From: Occultella glacieicola
GTDB lineage: Bacteria > Actinomycetota > Actinomycetes > Actinomycetales > Beutenbergiaceae
Direction: 5' to 3'
Assembly: GCF_004353825.1 (NCBI RefSeq)
Contig: NZ_SMNA01000001.1
Span: 558,001-618,250 of the forward strand
Length of the DNA: 60,250 nt
A model generated the notes under the pieces. It ran no database searches, had not been told where the DNA came from, and saw nothing but the letters and a program-made list of their open reading frames with translations. Both the position numbers and the translations under genes were made by a program. This document shows positions 41,607 through 50,670 of this stretch, piece by piece (the first letter of the stretch is position 1; each line of letters starts with the position of its first letter).

Positions 41607-42170
41607 CTACCCGCACTCGTCGCAGATCCCGGACGCGGGCAGTTGCACGAAGCACGTCGGGCAGATCTTCGGGGCCGCCTCGGGGGTCGGCTGCGCGCGT
41701 TCACGGGGTGCCCGAGGCGTGCGCGGCCGGCTCGGGCGAACGCTGCGGGCGCGGGCGGCCTCCTGCGCCTGCACCTCCTTGGCCCGCGCCTCGGCGTCCG
41801 CGGCGGCGATCACCTCGGCGGGGATGTCATCGGCGTAGCGGCGGTAGCAGGTGAGCCGGGCGTGGGCGACGGCCTCCTCGGTCTGCGCCTCGCCATCGGT
41901 GCGGTTGACCACGAGGGACGTCAACGGCGGCAACCCGTCGGCACGCACGCGGGCGACCACGGTCGCCAGGACGCCACCGATCCAGGAGCGGAACGGCGAG
42001 CGGGTGCGCAGTCCGGTGCGCACCTGGACCTGCTCGGCGAGATCGGCGTAGGTGATCAGGCCGGGGTAGTGTCCGGCCACCTCGACGAGGACCTCACGGG
42101 CCGCATCCGCCCACGCGCTCGACGCCTCGTTCGTCCCGACCCAGCGCTGCTGCGACACATCATCCGTCAT
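41607..42170 (-). CDS. Hypothetical protein with wHTH-like N-terminus and C-terminal zinc ribbon
   Basis: ITYADLAEQV...PPLTSLVV; ends CPTCFVQLPASGICDECG. Confidence 0.75.
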   Translation of the reverse strand: MTDDVSQQRWVGTNEASSAWADAAREVLVEVAGHYPGLITYADLAEQVQVRTGLRTRSPFRSWIGGVLATVVARVRADGLPPLTSLVVNRTDGEAQTEEAVAHARLTCYRRYADDIPAEVIAAADAEARAKEVQAQEAARARSVRPSRPRTPRAPRERAQPTPEAAPKICPTCFVQLPASGICDECG

Positions 42171-42223
42171 GGCTCTAGCCTCGCACCCGCCGGCTGCGGA
42201 CCCAAGCCGGCGCAACCACGCGG

Positions 42224-42727
42224 CTAGACGAGCGGGCCGAGGTAGTGCTGCCGGCCGCCGTCGGGCAGGTCGAGAGCGTCCAGCACCGAGATCAGCTGCT
42301 TCTCCTCGAACCGGAAATGGGTCTCCATGACCGCCTCGATACCGTCGAGGTGGCGCAGTGTCTCCTCCCGCAGCGCACCGGCCTCGAGGGTGCGGCCGAG
42401 CTCGCCGATCAGGTGGTCGAGCATCGAGTGGTCCCGGGTCAACCCCTGCAGCACGGGGGCCAGATCCGGATGGGCCGCCTCGATCTGGGGGAACAGGGCC
42501 GCGTCCTCGCTGCGGTGGTGACCGGACAGGGCGGCGCAGAAGCCCCAGCAGTACAGCAGCAGGTCCCGTGAAGCGGCCCCTGCGGTCCCCGCAGGTCCGG
42601 CGGCCCCCGTGCTCCCCATGGCATCGGAGTCCTCGACCGTCTCCCGGGCCAGTGCCAGCGCCTCCCGCAGCCGGGCGTGCACGGCGCGCAGCTCGGTGCC
42701 CCAGGAGCGCAGGCGGTCCGTGCTCAT
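42224..42727 (-). CDS. Hemerythrin domain protein
   Basis: LRAVHARLR, HHRSEDAALFP, RDH, HFRFEE. Confidence 0.88.
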   Translation of the reverse strand: MSTDRLRSWGTELRAVHARLREALALARETVEDSDAMGSTGAAGPAGTAGAASRDLLLYCWGFCAALSGHHRSEDAALFPQIEAAHPDLAPVLQGLTRDHSMLDHLIGELGRTLEAGALREETLRHLDGIEAVMETHFRFEEKQLISVLDALDLPDGGRQHYLGPLV

Positions 42728-43614
42728 GACCGGGCCCCACCCAGGCGGTCGGTGCTGATCCGGCCGGCGTACTCGCGCCACACCCACTCCGGGATGCCGT
42801 CGTCGATCGCGGCCAGGACGCGCAGGTGGTCCTCGAGGATCGACGGGGTCAGGTTCGTGGGGGCGTGCGAGATCAGATAGTCCCCACGCAGGTGGATCTC
42901 GGTGACGGAGGCGTCGGCGTGGTTGAGCAGCTCCATCAGCCGGGGGTGGGTGAACGCGGAGGCGTACCGCGGTTCCTCGGCGTCCACCCGCCAGTGGTGG
43001 TTGAACGCGGCTGACTCGAAGCGCACCTGTTGGCCGGTGAACACGTCGTCGGTGGCCCGGTCCACGAAACTCACCGTCGGCAGCACGTTCCGCAGCCGCC
43101 GGGCGATGATCTGGTCCACCTCAAGCAGGTACCCGCTGCCCCGCTCGAAGTGGTAGGCGAGCGCCTCCCGGCCGCGGTAGGTGCCGGTGAGTAGTTCGGA
43201 GTACTTGGCGCGCTTGTCCTCGTTGTGACCGTTGACCGGCTGGCAGGCCCGCAGCGCAGAGGTGTGCGCGGGCGGGATCTGCTTGCCCTTGGCGAACCAC
43301 GCCCAGCCCACCCGGCCGGCCCACTCCCGCAGCCGGCGGCGCCGCGGGATCCGCACGACGGCCTGCCCGATCAGCACCACCGACGCCCAGATCGCGCCGA
43401 TGACCGCGGTGACGACCATCAGCACGAAGGCCACCGCGATGATCGCGTCGACCGCCGCGAGGCCACCGGAATACGTCGTCTCGAGCGCGCCGCAGGTCAC
43501 CGCGGTGGACAGCACGCCGACGGTGGTGAGGATCGTGCCGAGGGTCCGGGACACGCGTTTGCGGGTACGCGTGCCCGCCGGGGTACGCCTGGGGGTGGGG
43601 GCCGGGTTGCTCAT
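42724..43614 (-). CDS. Hypothetical membrane protein (DUF3137-like)
   Basis: Two TM helices then FESAAFNHHWRV...PRYASAFTHPRLMELL; ATGA overlap with the hemerythrin gene. Confidence 0.7.
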   Translation of the reverse strand: MSNPAPTPRRTPAGTRTRKRVSRTLGTILTTVGVLSTAVTCGALETTYSGGLAAVDAIIAVAFVLMVVTAVIGAIWASVVLIGQAVVRIPRRRRLREWAGRVGWAWFAKGKQIPPAHTSALRACQPVNGHNEDKRAKYSELLTGTYRGREALAYHFERGSGYLLEVDQIIARRLRNVLPTVSFVDRATDDVFTGQQVRFESAAFNHHWRVDAEEPRYASAFTHPRLMELLNHADASVTEIHLRGDYLISHAPTNLTPSILEDHLRVLAAIDDGIPEWVWREYAGRISTDRLGGARS

Positions 43615-43688
43615 CTGGTCCCCAGCCTAGGAGATGCCCGACGGCGGTCGCGGCCCCGGAATGGGCCGTTCTGCCCGTGTCGGGCGGC

Positions 43689-44261
43689 TCAGGGCCGGGG
43701 GTCGGTGGCGAGGCGGGACATGAAGTGCTCGTCGATGCGTTCGCCGTCGAACACCGCGGCATCGCGCTTGGTGCCCTCGTACACGAACCCGGCCTTGGAG
43801 TAGGCGCGGCGGCCGGCCGGATTGAAGGAGAACACGTCCAGGCCGATCCGGTGCAGCCCGATCACGTCGAGGCCGTGGTCGGTCATCAGCCGGGTCGCCT
43901 CGGTGCCAAGCCCGCGGCCGCGGCCGGCCGGGCCGATCAGGATCCGGAAGTTCGCGGAGGACGTCGCGGCGTCGTAGTCGTTCAGGACCGCCTCGCCGAC
44001 GACGGCGCCGTTCGCGTTGTCCACGATGGCCAGGTCGAGGCGGTCGGTCGCCGTGGCGTTGCGCAGGTAGAACTCACGCACGTCCTCGACGCCCGTGTGG
44101 TCGGCCTCGAGTTCCGCGGTGCTCGTGTAGCTCATGGTCATCCGGCCGACGTCCGGGTCGTTGAGGACCTCGGCGATCGCCGGCAGGTCGGCCTCGGTGA
44201 ACGGACGGAGGGTGACCAGCTCGCCGGTCAGCACCGGCTTCGCGGCGAAGTCGTGGCTCAT
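43689..44261 (-). CDS. RimJ/RimL-type GNAT acetyltransferase
   Basis: VTLRPF, GRGRGLGTEA, LHRIGLDVFSFNPAGRRAYSKAGFVYEG. Confidence 0.92.
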   Translation of the reverse strand: MSHDFAAKPVLTGELVTLRPFTEADLPAIAEVLNDPDVGRMTMSYTSTAELEADHTGVEDVREFYLRNATATDRLDLAIVDNANGAVVGEAVLNDYDAATSSANFRILIGPAGRGRGLGTEATRLMTDHGLDVIGLHRIGLDVFSFNPAGRRAYSKAGFVYEGTKRDAAVFDGERIDEHFMSRLATDPRP

Positions 44262-45100
44262 CCGTCGACCCTAAGGGAGGCGGCGAGGTCGAGCACCCGC
44301 CTCGCGGAACGCACCATGGCCACGTCGAGGAAGGTGCCGTCGGCCAGCACCACGGTGCCGGCACCGTCGGCCTGCGCGGCGCCGACCCGTTCGACGATCT
44401 CGCGGGCCCGGGAGATCTGCGCGTCGGTCGGCGCGAACGCCTCCCTGATCACGGGCAGCTGCACCGGGTGGATCGCGGTCCGGCCCACGAAGCCGAGAGC
44501 GCGGCCGGCCGCACAGCTGCGGGCCAGCCCGTCGAGATCCCGGACGTCGGCGTACACGCTCTGCTGGGGCGCCGGGAGATTGGCGGCCGCGGCGGCCACC
44601 ACGAGGCGGGAACGGGCCCAGGCGAGTCCCTGCTCACCGGCCGCAGCCGCCGGGCCGGCGGCGAGGCCGAGTTCGGAGCGCAGGTCGGCCTCCCCGAGCG
44701 CCACCGACGCCACCGACGCCGAGGCGATCTCGAAGGCCCGTTCCAGCCCGAGCGCCGTCTCGATGAGGGCGTGCACCTCCCGCCCGGGCAGCCGCTCGCG
44801 GACGGCGTCGACGTCCTGCGGCCCGGTCACCTTCGGGAGCCGCAGCCCGATCTCGAGGGACAGGTCCGCCACCGCCTCGAGGTCGGCCTCGTGCCACCGG
44901 GATCCGGGTGCGTTCACGCGGACCTGGACCGGCACCGGGAGCGTCCCGCCGAGCGTGTCCGCCAACGCCGCCCGGGCCTGGGCCTTGTGCGGCGCCGCGA
45001 CCGCGTCCTCCAGGTCGACGATCACGCAGTCGGCACCGGAGGTGAGGGCCTTTGCCACCCGGTCCGGACGGTCCCCGGGCACGTACAACGACGTCAGCAT
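44258..45100 (-). CDS. CitE/HpcH-like CoA-ester lyase
   Basis: SLYVPGDRP, DLEDAV, VRVN, LPKV, LIETALG, LGEADL, GRTAIHPVQ. Confidence 0.92.
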   Translation of the reverse strand: MLTSLYVPGDRPDRVAKALTSGADCVIVDLEDAVAAPHKAQARAALADTLGGTLPVPVQVRVNAPGSRWHEADLEAVADLSLEIGLRLPKVTGPQDVDAVRERLPGREVHALIETALGLERAFEIASASVASVALGEADLRSELGLAAGPAAAAGEQGLAWARSRLVVAAAAANLPAPQQSVYADVRDLDGLARSCAAGRALGFVGRTAIHPVQLPVIREAFAPTDAQISRAREIVERVGAAQADGAGTVVLADGTFLDVAMVRSARRVLDLAASLRVDG

Positions 45101-46281
45101 GCACCAGCCTCCCGCATCTCGGCGACCTCCCGCTCGGAGAAGCCCAGTTCGGTGAGCACCGCCGCGGTGTCGGCGCCGGGTGCCCGCCCGGTCCACTCGA
45201 TCCGGGTCTCGCCCTCCGACATCCGGAACAGCGGCCCCTGCATCGACATCTCGCCTAGCACCGGGTCGGTGATCCGGTGCACGGTCCCGAGCGCCTGGAA
45301 CTGTGGATCGGCCGCGATGTCCGCGGCGTCGTAGATCGGGGCGACGGCGGCGTGCACCCGCTCGAACTCCTCGATCACCTCGGTCCGGGTCCGTTGCCCG
45401 ATCCAGGCTCCGACCGCCTCGTCCAGCTCGTCGGCGTGCGCCGCCCGGCCGGCCCCGGTCGCGAACCAGTCCGCCTCCGCCAGGTCGCCGCGACCGACGA
45501 GGTGCACCACCCGCTCGGCGATCGACTGGGCCGAGGTGGACACCGCGACCCACTTCGCGTCCGCCGTCAGGTAGGCGTTGCGGGGTGCGTTGTTCGCCGA
45601 CCGGTTGCCGGTCCGGGGCTGCACGGTGCCGAGCTGGTCCCAGCGGGTGATCTGCGGGCCGAGCATCGCCAGGATCGGTTCGATGATCGCGATGTCGAGT
45701 TCGCGCCCGCGGCCCGTGCGGGCCCGGCCGTGCAGCGCCACCATCACCGCATACGCGGTCGTCAGCGACGCGATCCCGTCCGCGAGACCGAACGGCGGCA
45801 GGGTCGGCGGCCCGTCCGGCTCCCCGGTCATCGCGGCGAACCCGCTCATCGCCTCCGCCAGCGTCCCGAACCCGGGCCGGGACCGGTACGGACCCGTCTG
45901 CCCGAACCCGGTCACCCGCGCCAGCACCAGCCGCTCGTTGAGCGCGCTGAGCCGGTCGTACCCGAGCCCCCACCGCTCGAGCGTGCCCGGCCGGAAGTTC
46001 TCGATGACCACGTCCGCGCGCGCCGCGAGCCGGCGGAACGCGTCCTGCCCGCCGTCGGTGTGCAGGTCGAGCGTGACCGTCTGCTTGTTCCGGCCGAGGG
46101 TCTTCCACCACAGGTTCTCGCCGTCCTTCGCGGGCCCGTGCCCACGGGAGGGGTCCGGCCGGCGCGGGTGCTCCACCTTGACCACCCGCGCGCCCAGGTC
46201 GCCCAGGTGCATCGCCGCCATCGGCCCGGCGAAGAGGGTGGACGCGTCCACCACGAACAGATCCTCCAGCGGCGTGCTCAC
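45094..46281 (-). CDS. CaiB/BaiF family (class III) CoA transferase
   Basis: AGPMAAMHLGDLGARVVKVE, RNKQTVTLDL, ENFRPGTLERWGLG, GFGQTGPY, LADGI. Confidence 0.93.
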   Translation of the reverse strand: MSTPLEDLFVVDASTLFAGPMAAMHLGDLGARVVKVEHPRRPDPSRGHGPAKDGENLWWKTLGRNKQTVTLDLHTDGGQDAFRRLAARADVVIENFRPGTLERWGLGYDRLSALNERLVLARVTGFGQTGPYRSRPGFGTLAEAMSGFAAMTGEPDGPPTLPPFGLADGIASLTTAYAVMVALHGRARTGRGRELDIAIIEPILAMLGPQITRWDQLGTVQPRTGNRSANNAPRNAYLTADAKWVAVSTSAQSIAERVVHLVGRGDLAEADWFATGAGRAAHADELDEAVGAWIGQRTRTEVIEEFERVHAAVAPIYDAADIAADPQFQALGTVHRITDPVLGEMSMQGPLFRMSEGETRIEWTGRAPGADTAAVLTELGFSEREVAEMREAGAC

Positions 46282-48278
46282 GGCCCATCCTCCCAGCCCG
46301 CATCCCAACAGACCCGGAACCCGATCGAGGGCGAGGCGTCCACGCCCAGCCCGGGCAGCAGGAACTTGAGCGCGAACTCGGGCTCCCGGACGCCTCCGTC
46401 GGTGTACCAGTCGGAACCCTGGCTGACATGCTCGGAACCGCCCTTGAGCATCACGAACCGGGTCCGGCCGTCCGAGTGCTCGGACTCGGTCCAGTTCCAC
46501 ACCGCCGGGGTCCGCCGGCCGAAGCCGGGCCGTGCGGCGGCGAGCTGCCACTCGTCCTCGGTGGGCAGCCGCCCCCCGGCCCAGGCGGCGAACTCGCGGG
46601 CGCGCGCGAGGCTCACGCCGGTCGCCGAGCCGGTGCCGATCCCGCCCGACGGCGGTGCCTCGCCGATGTCCTCGAGGAACCTCGCGTAGTCGGTCGCGGA
46701 GACCTCCAGGGCCCCGACCCGGACGCCGGGACGGATGGTCACGGCGCGCTCGAGCGTGCGCTGGTCGTGCAGCCGCGGCGGCAGCGGTTTCCACTCCTCG
46801 ACGTACGGGGCGCCGTCGTACATGCCGGTCTCACGCTGCCGGAACCGGACCGTGAGCACCCGCTCGCCCGCTGGGACCGGCACCGCACCCGACCGGAGCC
46901 CGGCCGCCGCGGCCGGCTCCGCCACCGGACCGGTCCACTCCGGTGCCGCCAGTCGGACCGCGCGCCGGTGCGGGAACGAGGCGTCCGCCACCGGCGGCTG
47001 CCCGGCGAGCTCCCGCGAGAGGTGGGCGACCTCCTCCGGCCACGCACCGCCGTCGGGCACTCGGACCAGGGCGGCGATGCCGCCCGCGGGGACGGTGACC
47101 TCGACCGGACCCGGTCGGGCGACGCCGTCGCCGTCGTGCAGCGGCAGCCACGAACCCCGGCCGCGGGCCAGGTAGGTGGCGTCCGCGGCGGAGGTGTTCA
47201 CGAGGGTGTACAGCCGCACACCGCCGAAGTCGAAGGCGGACGCGTACAGCGGCGGTTCGCACACGATGAGGGGGGTCCACTCACCGTCGGTGAGCCACGC
47301 GTGCAGGGTCCGCTGCACCGGCAGCATCCGCCGCAGCGTGGCCGCGTCCCGGTCGTTCCAGCCGACCCAGACGCCGAAGACGACCTCCCAGACCATCACC
47401 CCGACACCGTTCAGCCAGGCCGAGCGCAGTTCCGCGCCGTGGTCGCGGTTCCACCGGCGGATGTGGTGCTGCATGTGTCGCCGCTCGAACCACCGCGCCC
47501 GCAGCACCCCGGGGATCTCGGAGTCGGCGAACCACTGCGCCCAGGAGAGGGCGTGGTCGGCGATCCGCTCCGTGACGAGCTTCGACTCCCCTTCCAGGCC
47601 GATCCCCGGGCGGGCGGACTCGAGGGCCGCGACGAAGTCAGGGTCGGCCTTCTTCAGGGTGTCCAGGAACACTCCGTCGGCGTCGAGACGGCGGACCACG
47701 GCGGCGAGCTCGACGGCGTCGCTCCCGTCCGCACGACGGGTGCCGGTGTCCCACGGGTTGTAGTCGACGAACACCGCGACGCCCGCCTCGTGCAGGGCCC
47801 GGGCGGCCTCCGCCAACCCGGGGACGTCGTAGAAGTCCCACTGGTTCCGGTCGTCGATGCCGATCACCGGGTAGGCGTGCCACAGGACCACACCGTCGAG
47901 GCCCCCGAACCGCTCGCGGGCGTCGTCGAGGAACCGCTCGGGGGTGAAGGCCTGGGCGTCGAAGTCGAAGAACAGCTCGTCCCACAGCCACACCTGCGCC
48001 ACCGTGAAGCAGCGTGAGGCCCAGGCTGCGGCCGGGTCGTCGTAGCGCGACGGCGTCCCGTACCGGGCCCGCGCGCCGCGGCGCCAGGCGTGCAGCTGGG
48101 CCCGCCACGCGGCGAGCGTGGCCTGGTCCGGGGGGTTGGCCGGGGTGCCGGGCGCGGCGAGGATCTTCGCCTCGTCGAGGACCTCGGCCCGCTCCCCGGA
48201 GGTCAGGTCCGCCCCCAGCGGGACGTCGGTGGGGAGGTCGAGAGGGCGGGGGACCAGCGGGTCGAAGCCGCCACTCAT
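46278..48278 (-). CDS. FGE-sulfatase (SUMF1/EgtB/PvdO) domain protein with large N-terminal barrel-like domain
   Basis: C-terminal FAAWAGGRLPTEDEWQLAA...VWNWT...IGFRV; N-terminal GVVLWHAYP...YNPWD...DGVFLDT. Confidence 0.82.
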   Translation of the reverse strand: MSGGFDPLVPRPLDLPTDVPLGADLTSGERAEVLDEAKILAAPGTPANPPDQATLAAWRAQLHAWRRGARARYGTPSRYDDPAAAWASRCFTVAQVWLWDELFFDFDAQAFTPERFLDDARERFGGLDGVVLWHAYPVIGIDDRNQWDFYDVPGLAEAARALHEAGVAVFVDYNPWDTGTRRADGSDAVELAAVVRRLDADGVFLDTLKKADPDFVAALESARPGIGLEGESKLVTERIADHALSWAQWFADSEIPGVLRARWFERRHMQHHIRRWNRDHGAELRSAWLNGVGVMVWEVVFGVWVGWNDRDAATLRRMLPVQRTLHAWLTDGEWTPLIVCEPPLYASAFDFGGVRLYTLVNTSAADATYLARGRGSWLPLHDGDGVARPGPVEVTVPAGGIAALVRVPDGGAWPEEVAHLSRELAGQPPVADASFPHRRAVRLAAPEWTGPVAEPAAAAGLRSGAVPVPAGERVLTVRFRQRETGMYDGAPYVEEWKPLPPRLHDQRTLERAVTIRPGVRVGALEVSATDYARFLEDIGEAPPSGGIGTGSATGVSLARAREFAAWAGGRLPTEDEWQLAAARPGFGRRTPAVWNWTESEHSDGRTRFVMLKGGSEHVSQGSDWYTDGGVREPEFALKFLLPGLGVDASPSIGFRVCWDAGWEDGP

Positions 48279-49288
48279 GCGTGCTCCTTCGGTGCGCCGG
48301 CGAGCAGATCACGGACCTCGGCGGCGGTTGGCACGGACGCCTGGGCGCCCACCCGGCCGACGGCCAGGGCCGCCGCGGCCGAGGCCGCCCGAGCGGCCTG
48401 CGCCAGCGCGTCGATCGGCGGGACCCGCCGCTCGCCGGAACCGCCTCCGGCACCGGCGAGGGCCGCGGCGAGCACGCCGCAGAAGGTGTCCCCGGCGCCG
48501 GTGGTGTCAACGGCCCTCGCCGGGAAGGCCGGCACCCGACGGCGGTCGTCGCCGACCGCGATCACCGCACCGTCGGAGCCCAGGGTCACGATCAGGGCCG
48601 GGACCCGGTCGGCCACCCGCGCGATCGCCTCCGGCGTGTCCGTGCCTGCCTTGCCCGCTGTGCCCGCTGTGCCCGCCGTGCCCGCCGAGCCGGCCGGGCT
48701 CGGCCCGCCGACGTCCGCGAGCTCGTGCTCGTTGAGCACGAGCACGTCGGTGACGGCGAGCAGGTCGGCGGCGGTGCCCGGGTCGGTCAGCGGCGCGGAG
48801 GGCGCCGCGTTCAGGACCAGGAGGGCGTGGTCGGACCGGGTGCGCGCCGCATCCAGCACCAGCGGGACCGGCACCTCCAGCTGCGCCACCACCACGTCCG
48901 CGGCGGCCACCACGCGGCGCTGGACGTCGGTGAGAGTGCTCAGCGCGCCGTTGGCACCCGGCGCGACCACGATCGCGTTCTCGCCGTCCTGCGCGACGGT
49001 GATCAGGGCCATCCCGGACGGTCCGGGAACCGTGACGAGCCCGGCCGTGTCGATCCCGTCGGCGACGAGCGCGCCGCGCAGCGCCTCGCCGTCGGGGTCG
49101 GATCCGACCGCGCCCACGAACGCGACCGGCACCGCGCCGGCCCGGGCCGCGGCCACCGCCTGGTTGGCACCCTTGCCGCCACCATGCCGGGCCAGATCGG
49201 AGCCGAGCAGGGTCTCGCCGGGCCTGGGCACGTGCGGGACCCGCGCCACGAGGTCGGTGTTCACACTGCCCACGACGACGACGGTCAT
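48275..49288 (-). CDS. rbsK: Ribokinase (PfkB family)
   Basis: VGSVNTDL, GGKGANQAVAAARAG, GENAIVVAPGAN, NEHE, VDTTGAGDTF. Confidence 0.88.
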   Translation of the reverse strand: MTVVVVGSVNTDLVARVPHVPRPGETLLGSDLARHGGGKGANQAVAAARAGAVPVAFVGAVGSDPDGEALRGALVADGIDTAGLVTVPGPSGMALITVAQDGENAIVVAPGANGALSTLTDVQRRVVAAADVVVAQLEVPVPLVLDAARTRSDHALLVLNAAPSAPLTDPGTAADLLAVTDVLVLNEHELADVGGPSPAGSAGTAGTAGTAGKAGTDTPEAIARVADRVPALIVTLGSDGAVIAVGDDRRRVPAFPARAVDTTGAGDTFCGVLAAALAGAGGGSGERRVPPIDALAQAARAASAAAALAVGRVGAQASVPTAAEVRDLLAGAPKEHA

Positions 49289-50670
49289 GCTCGCATCCTG
49301 TCCGGTAGGGCGCGGGTGCGCTCGGCCAGGCCCGCGAGCGAGCGCTCCGGCGGCCCGGGCAACGACGTCGCCAGGCGGCCGTGCAGCGGGTCGGTCCAGG
49401 CCGCCTCGATCCCGTCGCGGCCGTGCAGCGCGCCCAGTACGGATCCGACCGTGGCCCCGGCCGAGTCGGTGTCCCAGCCGGCGGTGACGGCGAGTGCGAT
49501 GCCGTGCCCGAACCGCCCGAACCCGCCGTCGGCCCCCGCGGCGGCAAGGGCGCAGGCGATCAGGGCCGCGTTGTTGAGCGTGTGCACCCAGTGCAGGTGA
49601 CCGAATTCGGTGTGCAGGGCGTCCAGGGCCCCGGCGTCGGTGAGGTCGCCGGCGCGCATGGAGGCGCCGAGTTCGCGGCCGCGGCGCACCACGGCGAGCA
49701 GCCGGGACCGGGGCGGCAGCACCGACTCGCCGGCGTCGAGCACCTCGTCCACGGAGCCCGCCACGAGGGACGCCGAACACAGCGCCGCCGCCCACATGGC
49801 CCCGTACAGGCCGTTGCGGGTGTGGCTGAGCCGTGCATCCACCCAGGCCAGCCGGGCGGCGGCGAGCGGGTCGCCGGGGTGGGCCCAGCCGTACACGTCG
49901 GCACGGATGAGGGCGCCGATCCACTCCCGGAACGGGTTGTGGTGGGTCGCCGTCTCCGGGACCGGGCGGGCCTCCAGCAGGTTCCGGTAGGCGGCGCGCT
50001 CGGCGGTGAACACCCGGCCGGCCGGCAGGTTGGCCAGCCAGGCCTGCGCCACGTCCTCGGTGGTCAGCCCCGGGCCGTGGGCCTCGAGGAGGTCCAGCGC
50101 GAGCAGCGGGAAGTTCAGGTCGTCGTCCTCGGGCATCCCGTCGATGTTCTCGACCAGCGACGTCGGGGCCGACCGGCGGTTCCAGGGCCAGCGCACGGCC
50201 ACGTCCTGCGGGAGTCCGCGCGCCGTGAAGTACCCGGTGACCGGCCAGGTGCCGGTCGCGCGGGCGATCTCCTCGATGCCCTCCCGGGGGAGCTTCTCGA
50301 CCGGTTTCCCGAGCAGGCAGCCGGCGCAGCGACCAAACCAGGCGCCGGCCACCCGGTCCGCCTCGGCCACCCGTGCACCAGGGCCGCGCTGCGCCGTCAG
50401 CAGCGCGGCGATCGCGTCCCAGTCGTCCGGTTCGTCGGGACTGTCGGGAGCCAGGTCGGCCAGCTCGTCCAGGACCGCGCGCGCCCGGGCGCGCAATTCG
50501 GGTCCGGCCGGATCCGAACCGGCACCGGCCCGCTCGGGATGCAGGGAACCGCCGGCCTGCTCCCATCGCGCCGCCACCGCGGCGAGGGAGCCGGCGTCGA
50601 CGCCCTGCTCGGCGAGCGCGACGAACTCATGCGCGACGAGGTCCTCCGGCTGTGCCCAGGTCAGCCTCAC
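49285..50670 (-). CDS. ADP-ribosylglycohydrolase (DraG/ARH) family protein
   Basis: GRCAGCLLGKPVE, PEDDD, EWIGALIRAD, SHTRNG, GWDTDS. Confidence 0.88.
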   Translation of the reverse strand: MRLTWAQPEDLVAHEFVALAEQGVDAGSLAAVAARWEQAGGSLHPERAGAGSDPAGPELRARARAVLDELADLAPDSPDEPDDWDAIAALLTAQRGPGARVAEADRVAGAWFGRCAGCLLGKPVEKLPREGIEEIARATGTWPVTGYFTARGLPQDVAVRWPWNRRSAPTSLVENIDGMPEDDDLNFPLLALDLLEAHGPGLTTEDVAQAWLANLPAGRVFTAERAAYRNLLEARPVPETATHHNPFREWIGALIRADVYGWAHPGDPLAAARLAWVDARLSHTRNGLYGAMWAAALCSASLVAGSVDEVLDAGESVLPPRSRLLAVVRRGRELGASMRAGDLTDAGALDALHTEFGHLHWVHTLNNAALIACALAAAGADGGFGRFGHGIALAVTAGWDTDSAGATVGSVLGALHGRDGIEAAWTDPLHGRLATSLPGPPERSLAGLAERTRALPDRMRA

